Positions 48,961 to 61,993 of a stretch of 64,000 bases of DNA are shown in pieces. The number at the start of each line of letters is the position of its first letter. Positions within the stretch are counted from its first letter, which is position 1. The translations under genes and the position numbers were made by a program. Source of the stretch: Eimeria praecox (Eukaryota); contig OY986946.1 in NCBI GenBank assembly GCA_963920595.1, forward strand, positions 9,672,001 through 9,736,000, written 5' to 3'. Under the pieces are notes generated by a model that was given only the letters and a program-made list of their open reading frames with translations, did not search any database and was not told where the DNA came from.

Positions 48961-51900
48961 CTTCCTTTGTGTGAATCAGTCAAAGTGATTGAACAACGAA
49001 TAAAGCAATTGTATTGAAACCTTGGTAGATGCGGTTGATATGCTTGATATGCCTGTTGTTAATATCAGATATGCTTTTCTCACCACACAGGGTTTGCACT
49101 GCCTCCAGGTAATTTCTACTCCGGTTGTCTAACTTGCAGTGTCGTCCATATGCACGCTGCTTTGTCTCCTGCATGAGGTTTTAGGGGTGCCAAGATTTCA
49201 GCAGTTGCACGTGCTAGGGCTGTGGGAGGCATGGACGTCTTGATGCTCCCTTCGCTGGTTTACCTCCTTACTTCAGTGGCACAGTGCATCCGTTTAATGA
49301 GTACAATTGTGTGTACTCGGTGTGAAGAGCTCACATGCCACTGCACGTATTTTGAAAGCAATTAGCCATTTTATCAGCGTTTGATCAATTCGCGACTGCA
49401 AATTGTAACTTTGAGTCTGCTACCTCTTATCGCTGTTAGAGACCAACGATAAATCAGACAGATTAGCGTTCAAAGTTGGAGCGTGGAACTGTATGAAGGG
49501 CTTGTTGGATCACGCTTTCTTCATGCCGATAATACATGCAGCTCATGAATGAGCTCGTGTCTGCATATTCGTCGTTGCAAGGCCTTTTCCTGCCGCGACG
49601 GCATTTGGTTTGCCCAGCGAGTACGTACACAGTTCAAACACATGCGGGACATGCGCAGCGGCCAGCAGTGCGGCCAGCGGATGTGAAACATGCTGAGGGT
49701 ATGCCGGTAATGCGAGCTCTTGCTCTTACGTGCGTGCTGCTGTTGAAGGAGCGTGGACACAGGTGGAACTGCGCTCATATGCATAATCGCTTGATAACGG
49801 GCACCGGCCGGACCAGCAGCTTAAGCTCACGCCTTTCGGTTCTAGCGGCATGCTGAGAAGTCGATCTGCAATAGCACGACGGGGCCGGATGCTACAAAAG
49901 ACCAAGGGAGTTCAATGAACTTTGTAGTCGTTTTGTTGTACGCCAAGCAGCCTGCTTGCAGTGAAGCAGCGTGGCATTATGAACAGTACTGGCGATCATC
50001 CGCATGGCTTAATTTGGAAAAGCAATCGGGCGTGAGCGTGAGTTGCCTTTCATTGTGCTGTTAGAACGGCGCCGCACCCTATATGCCGTATGTTCTGTAT
50101 CTCGTATGTTCCGCGTTTGACGATGATGCGCTGTCCCAGGGTTGCAGTACAAGTCACCAACGTGAATGCACGCAGAACCGTTTCGTGTTTCTGAGTGGGG
50201 GCATGGCAGGCGTGGGACAACGAACCGACAAGTGAACAATTGTGCACATTGCAGACGGTGGTGTATCAACTTGGCACTTCCGGCAGTGAAAGTGAGCCTG
50301 ATTTGCGTTATAAATGGGCCGCTCCAGCCAGTAATTCTTGATTAACACTACGCTTTTTGCCGCCCCACTGGGCAGCCTCAGCAGCACAACCTGCGGGGAG
50401 CTCCATAGGTGTACACTAGCATGTCTTGCACCTGCATGCATCTGCAGGTGCTGCAGTATTTCTTGAGCGCGATGCTGTGCAGAAGTGCTGCGGTAACGTG
50501 CCACGCCATCTAGCGTTATCCTCGGAAATCCTCTGCACGGCACGGTTCTGATATCCTGCGTGATTAGGCAAAGCGCAGGTGCCCTCCGGGCCCTGCACGC
50601 CCATGGGCCAGCCTTTACAAGGAATGGGCGTTTGCGATGCATGCCTCGAGCGTGTTCTTGACGTTCATTTGTTGGACGCTCCTGTTTAGCCTCTGGAGGA
50701 AGGCGGCTCAACAATGATTTGGTGTTTTTGGCCCATGCCGCAAAAGAAAGAAACCCGGGAGACATTTCGCATCTATTGCGCTGACTGCCAGTCATAGCGC
50801 ACCTCGAACTAGGAAAGCCTGGTGCTGCTGCTGAACTCCTTGCCTTCAATACGGAACGATGTCTTGTGGATAAATGAGCATTCATGCTTCTCTCCTGCCA
50901 AGGCTGCCAAGGCTGTGACGGCATGCCAATCAGTAGGCATGCATCCCAGCCAGGATGTTGCTAAATTGTGCATTACGACCTCTATGCGCATGAAGGGCTC
51001 CCACCGGCGTTAAGCAATTGCTGCAAATTGTCCTCATGCAGTGGGCGTCCCTCTAAGGAATCTTGGTTGCACTGTGTTTGGCTTGACACAGGTGGGAGTT
51101 AAGCATAGGAACAGGCTGTAACTGCTCCCGTGTTGCCGAAAATTAAAAACATTCAGCAAGTGCGTTCGCAACAAAGGTGCAACAGCTTGCTCGGACGCTC
51201 GATGCAGCTGAGTGGGAGAGGCAAGGTTTCCGCAATGCCCTGCGTAAAAAGAATGCCCGATAACTTCCATACGTGAACGGCTTTGTTGGACAGCACAAAT
51301 GTGTATTTACTAGCCACAGTTATCCGCTACAAAGCAGGGTGGGAAGGGTGCGAATAAGATTGGGGGCTCGCGCGAGTGGGGCTTCCTGGCCCATTTGATT
51401 TTGTACATTCATCATGCAGACAGGGCATGATTGTACGTGTTCGAACGGTGCAAATGTCGAGTGGCCGTGTAGGTTGATTTGCTGAAGATTTTGCGAAAAG
51501 GGCATCTGCCCAATACAATCCTCTACGCAATGGTAAACTAGAGTACGTGGTGGGGTATCCTTTAACTATATAGACCGCAGTGCGAGGACAACTAGCAGAC
51601 CAAAATGCATCTGCCTTGCCGATAGCTTAAACCCTCAATTCCCGTAGACTATTTCAATGAGGCTGCTGCAGTGCTGCGTGTTGATGCACTGCCCTCCATG
51701 CAGGCTGAAATTTTATAATGGCAACGACGTCATGTGCATAGCCTGTACGCTTGCTGGCCTTCCTGAAACATGTGAACCCCTATCGCCAGTGTGTGCAGTG
51801 TGCAAGGGCGCAGCATGACCAACTAACTGTGCCAGCTCGTAGGATTGGTAACGTATGCACAGCATATCAACGCGCGTGCAGCGGGAGTGGAGTGAGAATG

Positions 51901-53525
51901 CTAGACAGTGCAAAGGGTAGTTCGGGGTGGCTTAGGCTAGTGCGTTAACCTGCTGCAACAGCGTATTTCAATTTGCTTGCTCACCAACTAATGCCCGTGG
52001 TGTGCGGATAAATGGGTGTGCGTTAGTGGCGCTGCAAAGTCAGCGGGAGCCCCCCCGCATTAAGCGCTAGTGAGCCGTATTCGCTACAACCATACAGAAG
52101 GTATGCCCGCATGCATGCGTTGCAATATAAAATGGAGTGTTTCGTATTTGAAAATGAAGCAATCACCTTGCAGCGGGGGGGTTCGACTGACATGCGTAGG
52201 AGCGATTCACGGCGTTGGGGGATTTATGCTTGACCTGAATAGTGCCGATTGTGTAGTGTTGTCAACAAAAACCCTCGAAACAGAGGATGATCCCATGCTG
52301 CTGCTTAGGCAGGAACGAGGTACAGGCAATGAGTTGGCGAAAAGGATATTTGGTTTGATGGGAATCCCCATTCCATGGCTTCGTGGAAGAGCTGCGTGCT
52401 CCAGCGAAATAGTGAAATGGTAGGCGCACCCACAAGCGTCCACGATTCGCCATTATGATGCAGCACATTGAATTAACGAGGGTGCGACGGGAGGGGATTA
52501 GGAGTTCGAGAGTCTGAAAGATAATGCGGAGCGGTGGCCTTCCCTAACGGACCAGGAGGGAATGTAGCTAGGGCTTGCCGTGGCACCAATGCCGTACCTC
52601 AAGTTGCTTCTCTACCGAGTAGAGAATGTGGACATACCGCTATGTGGGCGTGCGGCCGAAGTGCTGCAAAGCCAGCAAGAGGTCTCAGTTTCACGAGCTA
52701 GAGCTCTGAAAACACAATATGCATTTTGTTCGTTGGCGAACCTCGCCCTCTGCTAGGGATTCAGCTGCACTCTTAGCATGGCTGGCACACCGTGTCCTGA
52801 TTCATCCAACTAAAATCATGTTGGGATGCACCCGTAATCCTGCGCAAGGACAGAACAAGGAGAATGCTGGCTTTTGAGTTGTAGCCGCTGATCCAGGCTC
52901 AGGTGTGAAGCCAGTGGGACTGCACGTAAAGCTGGCTACTGCTTGGGGTCCTCTGCGGAAAGGAAATCAGCTAGGACTGCACAGTGTTCAAGGTAGCATT
53001 GCGCTGCATCCTTTAGCGGATGAGTAGCATGTGGCGAATATGTTGTTGACTTCCCGTTGAACATGTGTGTGGGCACGGGACTTGCGGCAGTTGCACTATG
53101 GCTGTTTAAATTCGTGCCACGACTGAAGCGCTGGCTGAACATAAAGACATGACCGCACGGCAAAATTGGCATTTTCAGCCCTGCTGAGGGGCCCAATGAC
53201 TCGTTTGATTCGTCCTCATTCATCATGCGCACTGCATCAATACGGCACCCACGAGATCTGGAGTAACTGCTTCTGGCGTCTGCCAGCACAGCCGCCCGTC
53301 AGCTTGACTCGCCAGGCGCTGTGGGACACACACAAGCTTCATTATGTGGATACAGACCTGAATGAAAGTATTTCAGACACTATACGGGGGCGCCCTCGGT
53401 CTGGCCGGCATTAGCTTGCGCTTCCACAGTTTCGCCCTTCGGCGGCTGCTGTCCACTATTCTAACCACGAACGTTTTACTACTGAGGACCTTTAGAGGCA
53501 GGTACGCGCACACAGCCTGCTTAGT

Positions 53526-56500
53526 GCGATGCGGCTTGAGTTCATTACATGCATCTGTACGGAATGGACTCGATGAACGTACCTACGTATGGCATGCTAT
53601 CATATTAAGAAAATCATATTAGGATGCCTTACCTTCTGGAAGGACATTGGGGTTCAGGACGTATGTTTGCATTGGCTCGGGGGGTGCTGCGTTCGTGGAA
53701 GGCGATAGTCGTTGGCCGTTGGACGTTGCATAAGTGTTTTCAGGCCGCATGCTGCTTATAATTATGCCGCACGAGTGGCGCGTCAGGTTGTGTTGATGCG
53801 TGGAGTGTTTTGGCGGTTAGGCTGTGTTCGTGGGTTCCTTCAGTGCCTTGTCTCGCCAACCGTCGCTCAGAGATGTGGCTTTCTATATTAGTTCATCTGT
53901 CTAGCAGTCGTGCAAACATATGTCGGTCTTCCAGTGCATCCTTTGGTTCGACGCAACTCGGCGTGACGTGCGCTGCAGTCCAAACGGCAATGCATGCATA
54001 TGGCTCTCCGCAAAAGGCGATTCACGTAGCATTTCGTGGCAAGGCGCTGTTAACAGAGGCGGCACTCGCCTTTAAATTCGGGTGTGCTTCGGCCAACCAA
54101 CAGAAGTGCAGATTCGTGTTCACTGGCGTTGCTCTCTCGCGTGGGAGGGTTTCCGTCACAGTTCGGCAATTTCAGTTGTTTGCATCCCTATTTTGTCGGA
54201 CGTTGTGCATGCGTGCCGTAGTCTGTGAGCTGACGAGCCATCCATCTGGCATCGTGGCCTAAACAGCAGTCGATTGTTTCTGCGCCATTTGCAGAAGCCT
54301 GCTGTTCTTTAGAGCTAGGGCGAAGCATGACAGCTGGGCATGTCCTTCAATAGAAGGATAAGGCGGAACGTGTGGTGGCGTCTGTGCAGAACGGTGTTCA
54401 TGATTGCAGCGCTGGACGTCAGTAGAACTCTAGCTTAGCTCTTACGCCATTGGGCAAAGTATGCGTCTGCCTGGACAGTGGTGAGCGACGTCCTAAATCG
54501 TGGTGCAGATGTTGCAAAAACGTGTTTTGCTGAGCGCTCCAGCAGTTGATTTCCGAGATAGTCTTGCGCGTGGGCAGGAGGCCTGAGCTGGGGAATGTTT
54601 GGCAGGGGCGTGAGCAAGAGTATGTTCTCCGATGTTTGCATCGTGCGGATAGTGTTTGCATAGGCTAATCGATTCGTTTTGCAGGTGATGGTGCACATGG
54701 ACGGTGGAGCTAAGGTGTGAGGCTGGCGGCAACCGGCGATGTGGACCGATTTGATTAGATGCTGGTGGATGGAATGGACTCGAAGGACGTGCCTACGTAT
54801 GGCATGCTATCATATTAAGAAAATCATATTAGGATGCCTTACCGTCTGGAAGGACATTGGGGTTCAGGAAGTATGTTTGCATTGGCTCGGGGGGTGCTGC
54901 GTTCGTGGAAGGCGATAGTCGTTGGCCGTTGGACGTTGCATAAGTGTTTCCAGGCCGCATGCTGCTTATAATTATGCCGCACGAGTGGCGCGTCAGGTTG
55001 TGTTGATGCGTGGAGTGTTTTGGCGGTTAGGCTGTGTTCGTGGGTTCCTTCAGTGCTTTGTCTCGCCAACCGTCGCTCAGAGATGTGGCTTTCTATATTA
55101 GTTCATCTGTCTAGCAGTCGTGCAAACATATGTCGGTCTTCCAGTGCATCCTTTGGTTCGACGCAACTCGGCGTGACGTGCGCTGCAGTCCAAACGACAA
55201 TGCATGTATATGGCTCTCCGCAAAAGGCGATTCACGTAGCATTTCGTGGCAAGGCGCTGTTAACAGAGGCGGCACTCGCCTTTAAATTCGGGTGTGCTTC
55301 GGCCAACCAACAGAAGTGCAGATTCGTGTTCACTGGCGTTGCTCTCTCGCGTGGGAGGGTTTCCGTCACAGTTCGGCAATTTCAGTTGTTTGCATCCCTA
55401 TTTTGTCGGACGTTGTGCATGCGTGCCGTAGTCTGTGAGCTGACGAGCCATCCATCTGGCATCGTGGCCTAAACAGCAGTCGATTGTTTCTGCGCCATTT
55501 GCAGAAGCCTGCTGTTCTTTAGAGCTAGGGCGAAGCATGACAGCTGGGCGTGTCCTTCAATAGAAGGATAAAGCGGAACGTGTGGTGGCGTCTGTGCAGA
55601 ACGGTGTTCATGATTGCAGCGCTGGACGTCAATAGAACTCTAGCTTAGCTCTTACGCCATTGGGCAAAGTATGCGTCTGCCTGGACAGTGGTGAGCGACG
55701 TCCTAAATCGTGGTGCAGATGTTGCAAAAACGTGTTTTGCTGAGCGCTCCAGCAGTTGATTTCCGAGATAGTCTTGCGCGTGGGCAGGAGGCCTGAGCTG
55801 GGGAATGTTTGGCAGGGGCGTGAGCAAGAGTATGTTCTCCGATGTTTGCATCGTGCGGATAGTGTTTGCATAGGCTAATCGATTCGTTTTGCAGGTGATG
55901 GTGCACATGGACGGTGGAGCTAAGGTGTGAGGCTGGCGGCAACCGGCGATGTGGACCGATTTGATTAGATGCTGGTGGATGGAATGGACTCGAAGGACGT
56001 GCCTACGTATGGCATGCTATCATATTAAGAAAATCATATTAGGATGCCTTACCTTCTGGAAGGACATTGGGGTTCAGGACGTATGTTTGCATTGGCTCGG
56101 GGGGTGCTGCGTTCGTGGAAGGCGATAGTCGTTGGCCCTTGGACGCTGCATAAGTGTTTTCAGGCCGCATGCTGCTTATAATTATGCCGCACGAGTGGCG
56201 CGTCAGGTTGTGTTGATGCGTGGAGTGTTTTGGCGGTTAGGCTGTGTTCGTGGGTTCCTTCAGTGCCTTGTCTCGCCAACCGTCGCTCAGAGATGTGGCT
56301 TTCTATATTAGTTCATCTGTCTAGCAGTCGTGCAAACATATGTCGGTCTTCCAGTGCATCCTTTGGTTCGACGCAACTCGGCGTGACGTGCGCTGCAGTC
56401 CAAACGACAATGCATGTATATGGCTCTCCGCAAAAGGCGATTCACGTAGCAATTCGTGGCAAGGCGCTGTTAACAGAGGCGGCACTCGCCTTTAAATTCG

Positions 56501-59500
56501 GGTGTGCTTCGGCCAACCAACAGAAGTGCAGATTCGTGTTCACTGGCGTTGCTCTCTCGCGTGGGAGGGTTTCTGTCACAGTTCGGCAATTTCAGTTGTT
56601 TGCATCCCTATTTTGTCGGACGTTGTGCATGCGTGCCGTAGTCTGTGAGCTGACGAGCCATCCATCTGGCATCGTGGCCTAAACAGCAGTCGATTGTTTC
56701 TGCGCCATTTGCAGAAGCCTGCTGTTCTTTAGAGCTAGGGCGAAGCATGACAGCTGGGCGTGTCCTTCAATAGAAGGATAAAGCGGAACGTGTGGTGGCG
56801 TCTGTGCAGAACGGTGTTCATGATTGCAGCGCTGGACGTCAGTAGAACTCTAGCTTAGCTCTTACGCCATTGGGCAAAGTATGCGTCTGCCTGGACAGTG
56901 GTGAGCGACGTCCTAAATCGTGGTGCAGATGTTGCAAAAACGTGTTTTGCTGAGCGCTCCAGCAGTTGATTTCCGAGATAGTCTTGCGCGTGGGCAGGAG
57001 GCCTGAGCTGGGGAATGTTTGGCAGGGGCGTGAGCAAGAGTATGTTCTCCGATGTTTGCATCGTGCGGATAGTGTTTGCATAGGCTAATCGATTCGTTTT
57101 GCAGGTGATGGTGCACATGGACGGTGGAGCTAAGGTGTGAGGCTGGCGGCAACCGGCGATGTGGACCGATTTGATTAGATGCTGGTGGATGGAATGGACT
57201 CGAAGGACGTGCCTACGTATGGCATGCTATCATATTAAGAAAATCATATTAGGATGCCTTACCTTCTGGAAGGACATTGGGGTTCAGGACGTATGTTTGC
57301 ATTGGCTCGGGGGGTGCTGCGTTCGTGGAAGGCGATAGTCGTTGGCCGTTGGACGTTGCATAAGTGTTTTCAGGCCGCATGCTGCTTATAATTATGCCGC
57401 ACGAGTGGCGCGTCAGGTTGTGTTGATGCGTGGAGTGTTTTGGCGGTTAGGCTGTGTTCGTGGGTTCCTTCAGTGCCTTGTCTCGCCAACCGTCGCTCAG
57501 AGATGTGGCTTTCTATATAAGTTCATCTGTCTAGCAGTCGTGCAAACATATGTCGGTCTTCCAGTGCATCCTTTGGTTCGACGCAACTCGGCGTGACGTG
57601 CGCTGCAGTCCAAACGACAATGCATGTATATGGCTCTCCGCAAAAGGCGATTCACGTAGCATTTCGTGGCAAGGCGCTGTTAACAGAGGCGGCACTCGCC
57701 TTTAAATTCGGGTGTGCTTCGGCCAACCAACAGAAGTGCAGATTCGTGTTCACTGGCGTTGCTCTCTCGCGTGGGAGGGTTTCTGTCACAGTTCGGCAAT
57801 TTCAGTTGTTTGCATCCCTATTTTGTCGGACGTTGTGCATGCGTGCCGTAGTCTGTGAGTTGACGAGCCATCCATCTGGCATCGTGGCCTAAACAGCAGT
57901 CGATTGTTTCTGCGCCATTTGCAGACGCCGGCTGTTCTTTAGAGCTAGGGCGAAGCATGACAGCTGGGCGTGTCCTTCAATAGAAGGATAAGGCGGAACG
58001 TGTGGTGGCGTCTGTGCAGAACGGTGTTCATGATTGCAGCGCTGGACGTCAATAGAACTCTAGCTTAGCTCTTACGCCATTGGGCAAAGTATGCGTCTGC
58101 CTGGACAGTGGTGAGCGACGTCCTAAATCGTGGTGCAGATGTTGCAAAAACGTGTTTTGCTGAGCGCTCCAGCAGTTGATTTCCGAGATAGTCTTGCGCG
58201 TGGGCAGGAGGCCTGAGCTGGGGAATGTTTGGCAGGGGCGTGAGCAAGAGTATGTTCTCCGATGTTTGCATCGTGCGGATAGTGTTTGCATAGGCTAATC
58301 GATTCGTTTTGCAGGTGATGGTGCACATGGACGGTGGAGCTAAGGTGTGAGGCTGGCGGCAACCGGCGATGTGGACCGATTTGATTAGATGCTGGTGGAT
58401 GGAATGGACTCGAAGGACGTGCCTACGTATGGCATGCTATCATATTAAGAAAATCATATTAGGATGCCTTACCTTCTGGAAGGACATTGGGGTTCAGGAC
58501 GTATGTTTGCATTGGCTCGGGGGGTGCTGCGTTCGTGGAAGGCGATAGTCGTTGGCCGTTGGACGTTGCATAAGTGTTTTCAGGCCGCATGCTGCTTATA
58601 ATTATGCCGCACGAGTGGCGCGTCAGGTTGTGTTGATGCGTGGAGTGTTTTGGCGGTTAGGCTGTGTTCGTGGGTTCCTTCAGTGCTTTGTCTCGCCAAC
58701 CGTCGCTCAGAGATGTGGCTTTCTATATTAGTTCATCTGTCTAGCAGTTGTGCAAACATATGTCGGTCTTCCAGTGCATCCTTTGGTTCGACGCAACTCG
58801 GCGTGACGTGCGCTGCAGTCCAAACGACAATGCATGTATATGGCTCTCCGCAAAAGGCGATTCACGTAGCAATTCGTGGCAAGGCGCTGTTAACAGAGGC
58901 GGCACTCGCCTTTAAATTCGGGTGTGCTTCGGCCAACCAACAGAAGTGCAGATTCGTGTTCACTGGCGTTGCTCTCTCGCGTGGGAGGGTTTCTGTCACA
59001 GTTCGGCAATTTCAGTTGTTTGCATCCCTATTTTGTCGGACGTTGTGCATGCGTGCCGTAGTCTGTGAAGTGACGAGCCATCCATCTGGCGTCGTGGCCT
59101 AAACAGCAGTCGATTGTTTCTGCGCCATTTGCAGAAGCCGGCTGTTCTTTAGAGCTAGGCCGAAGCATGACAGCTGGGCGTGTCCTTCAATAGAAGGATA
59201 AAGCGGAACGTGTGGTGGCGTCTGTGCAGAACGGTGTTCATGATTGCAGCGCTGGACGTCAGTAGAACTCTAGCTTAGCTCTTACGCCATTGGGCAAAGT
59301 ATGCGTCTGCCTGGACAGTGGTGAGCGACGTCCTAAATCGTGGTGCAGATGTTGCAAAAACGTGTTTTGCTGAGCGCTCCAGCAGTTGATTTCCGAGATA
59401 GTCTTGCGCGTGGGCAGGAGGCCTGAGCTGGGGAATGTTTGGCAGGGGCGTGAGCAAGAGTATGTTCTCCGACGTTTGCATCGTGCGGATAGTGTTTGCA

Positions 59501-61993
59501 TAGGCTAATCGATTCGTTTTGCAGGTGATGGTGCACATGGACGGTGGAGCTAAGGTGTGAGGCTGGCGGCAACCGGCGATGTGGACCGATTTGATTAGAT
59601 GCTGGTGGATGGAATGGACTCGAAGGACGTGCCTACGTATGGCATGCTATCATATTAAGAAAATCATATTAGGATGCCTTACCTTCTGGAAGGACATTGG
59701 GGTTCAGGACGTATGTTTGCATTGGCTCGGGGGGTGCTGCGTTCGTGGAAGGCGATAGTCGTTGGCCGTTGGACGTTGCATAAGTGTTTTCAGGCCGCAT
59801 GCTGCTTATAATTATGCCGCACGAGTGGCGCGTCAGGTTGTGTTGATGCGTGGAGTGTTTTGGCGGTTAGGCTGTGTTCGTGGGTTCCTTCAGTGCTTTG
59901 TCTCGCCAACCGTCGCTCAGAGATGTGGCTTTCTATATTAGTTCATCTGTCTAGCAGTTGTGCAAACATATGTCGGTCTTCCAGTGCATCCTTTGGTTCG
60001 ACGCAACTCGGCGTGACGTGCGCTGCAGTCCAAACGACAATGCATGTATATGGCTCTCCGCAAAAGGCGATTCACGTAGCAATTCGTGGCAAGGCGCTGT
60101 TAACAGAGGCGGCACTCGCCTTTAAATTCGGGTGTGCTTCGGCCAACCAACAGAAGTGCAGATTCGTGTTCACTGGCGTTGCTCTCTCGCGTGGGAGGGT
60201 TTCTGTCACAGTTCGGCAATTTCAGTTGTTTGCATCCCTATTTTGTCGGACGTTGTGCATGCGTGCCGTAGTCTGTGAAGTGACGAGCCATCCATCTGGC
60301 GTCGTGGCCTAAACAGCAGTCGATTGTTTCTGCGCCATTTGCAGAAGCCGGCTGTTCTTTAGAGCTAGGCCGAAGCATGACAGCTGGGCGTGTCCTTCAA
60401 TAGAAGGATAAAGCGGAACGTGTGGTGGCGTCTGTGCAGAACGGTGTTCATGATTGCAGCGCTGGACGTCAGTAGAACTCTAGCTTAGCTCTTACGCCAT
60501 TGGGCAAAGTATGCGTCTGCCTGGACAGTGGTGAGCGACGTCCTAAATCGTGGTGCAGATGTTGCAAAAACGTGTTTTGCTGAGCGCTCCAGCAGTTGAT
60601 TTCCGAGATAGTCTTGCGCGTGGGCAGGAGGCCTGAGCTGGGGAATGTTTGGCAGGGGCGTGAGCAAGAGTATGTTCTCCGACGTTTGCATCGTGCGGAT
60701 AGTGTTTGCATAGGCTAATCGATTCGTTTTGCAGGTGATGGTGCACATGGACGGTGGAGCTAAGGTGTGAGGCTGGCGGCAACCGGCGATGTGGACCGAT
60801 TTGATTAGATGCTGGTGGATGGAATGGACTCGAAGGACGTGCCTACGTATGGCATGCTATCATATTAAGAAAATCATATTAGGATGCCTTACCTTCTGGA
60901 AGGACATTGGGGTTCAGGACGTATGTTTGCATTGGCTCGGGGGGTGCTGCGTTCGTGGAAGGCGATAGTCGTTGGCCGTTGGACGTTGCATAAGTGTTTT
61001 CAGGCCGCATGCTGCTTATAATTATGCCGCACGAGTGGCGCGTCAGGTTGTGTTGATGCGTGGAGTGTTTTGGCGGTTAGGCTGTGTTCGTGGGTTCCTT
61101 CAGTGCTTTGTCTCGCCAACCGTCGCTCAGAGATGTGGCTTTCTATATTAGTTCATCTGTCTAGCAGTCGTGCAAACATATGTCGGTCTTCCAGTGCATC
61201 CTTTGGTTCGACGCAACTCGGCGTGACGTGCGCTGCAGTCCAAACGACAATGCATGTATATGGCTCTCCGCAAAAGGCGATTCACGTAGCAATTCGTGGC
61301 AAGGCGCTGTTAACAGAGGCGGCGCTCGCCTTTAAATTCGGGTGTGCTTCGGCCAACCAACAGAAGTGCAGATTCGTGTTCACTGGCGTTGCTCTCTCGC
61401 GTGGGAGGGTTTCCGTCACAGTTCGGCAATTTCAGTTGTTTGCATCCCTATTTTGTCGGACGTTGTGCATGCGTGCCGTAGTCTGTGAGCTGACGAGCCA
61501 TCCATCTGGCATCGTGGCCTAAACAGCAGTCGATTGTTTCTGCGCCATTTGCAGAAGCCTGCTGTTCTTTAGAGCTAGGGCGAAGCATGACAGCTGGGCG
61601 TGTCCTTCAATAGAAGGATAAAGCGGAACGTGTGGTGGCGTCTGTGCAGAACGGTGTTCATGATTGCAGCGCTGGACGTCAGTAGAACTCTAGCTTAGCT
61701 CTTACGCCATTGGGCAAAGTATGCGTCTGCCTGGACAGTGGTGAGCGACGTCCTAAATCGTGGTGCAGATGTTGCAAAAACGTGTTTTGCTGAGCGCTCC
61801 AGCAGTTGATTTCCGAGATAGTCTTGCGCGTGGTCAGGAGGCCTGAGCTGGGGAATGTTTGGCAGGGGCGTGAGCAAGAGTATGTTCTCCGATGTTTGCA
61901 TCGTGCGGATAGTGTTTGCATAGGCTAATCGATTCGTTTTGCAGGTGATGGTGCACATGGACGGTGGAGCTAAGGTGTGAGGGGGGCGGCGAT
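53526..61993. repeat. 1210-bp tandem repeat, array 3 (seven complete units)
   Basis: Unit starts (GCGAT) at 53526, 54736, 55946, 57156, 58366, 59576 and 60786. The terminal GCGAT is at 61989. Confidence 0.98.

Larger units (their letters stand above)
30864..53525. repeat. Higher-order repeat unit HOR2 (22,662 bp)
   Basis: Same order of blocks as HOR1. Bounded by the equivalent cttagtGCGATgcggcttgag junction at 30864 and 53526. Confidence 0.97.

Noticed and set aside
50154..50924. Longest ORF in the window (256 aa, minus strand)
   Set aside because: The HOR1 equivalent is split by stops into 22863-23213, 23238-23423 and 23442-23624. It has no motif, so it is likely a chance fusion.
1..61993. 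Whole structure as an assembly artefact
   Set aside because: Copies carry consistent array-specific substitutions and structured indels rather than random errors. Exact copy numbers still need long-read confirmation.
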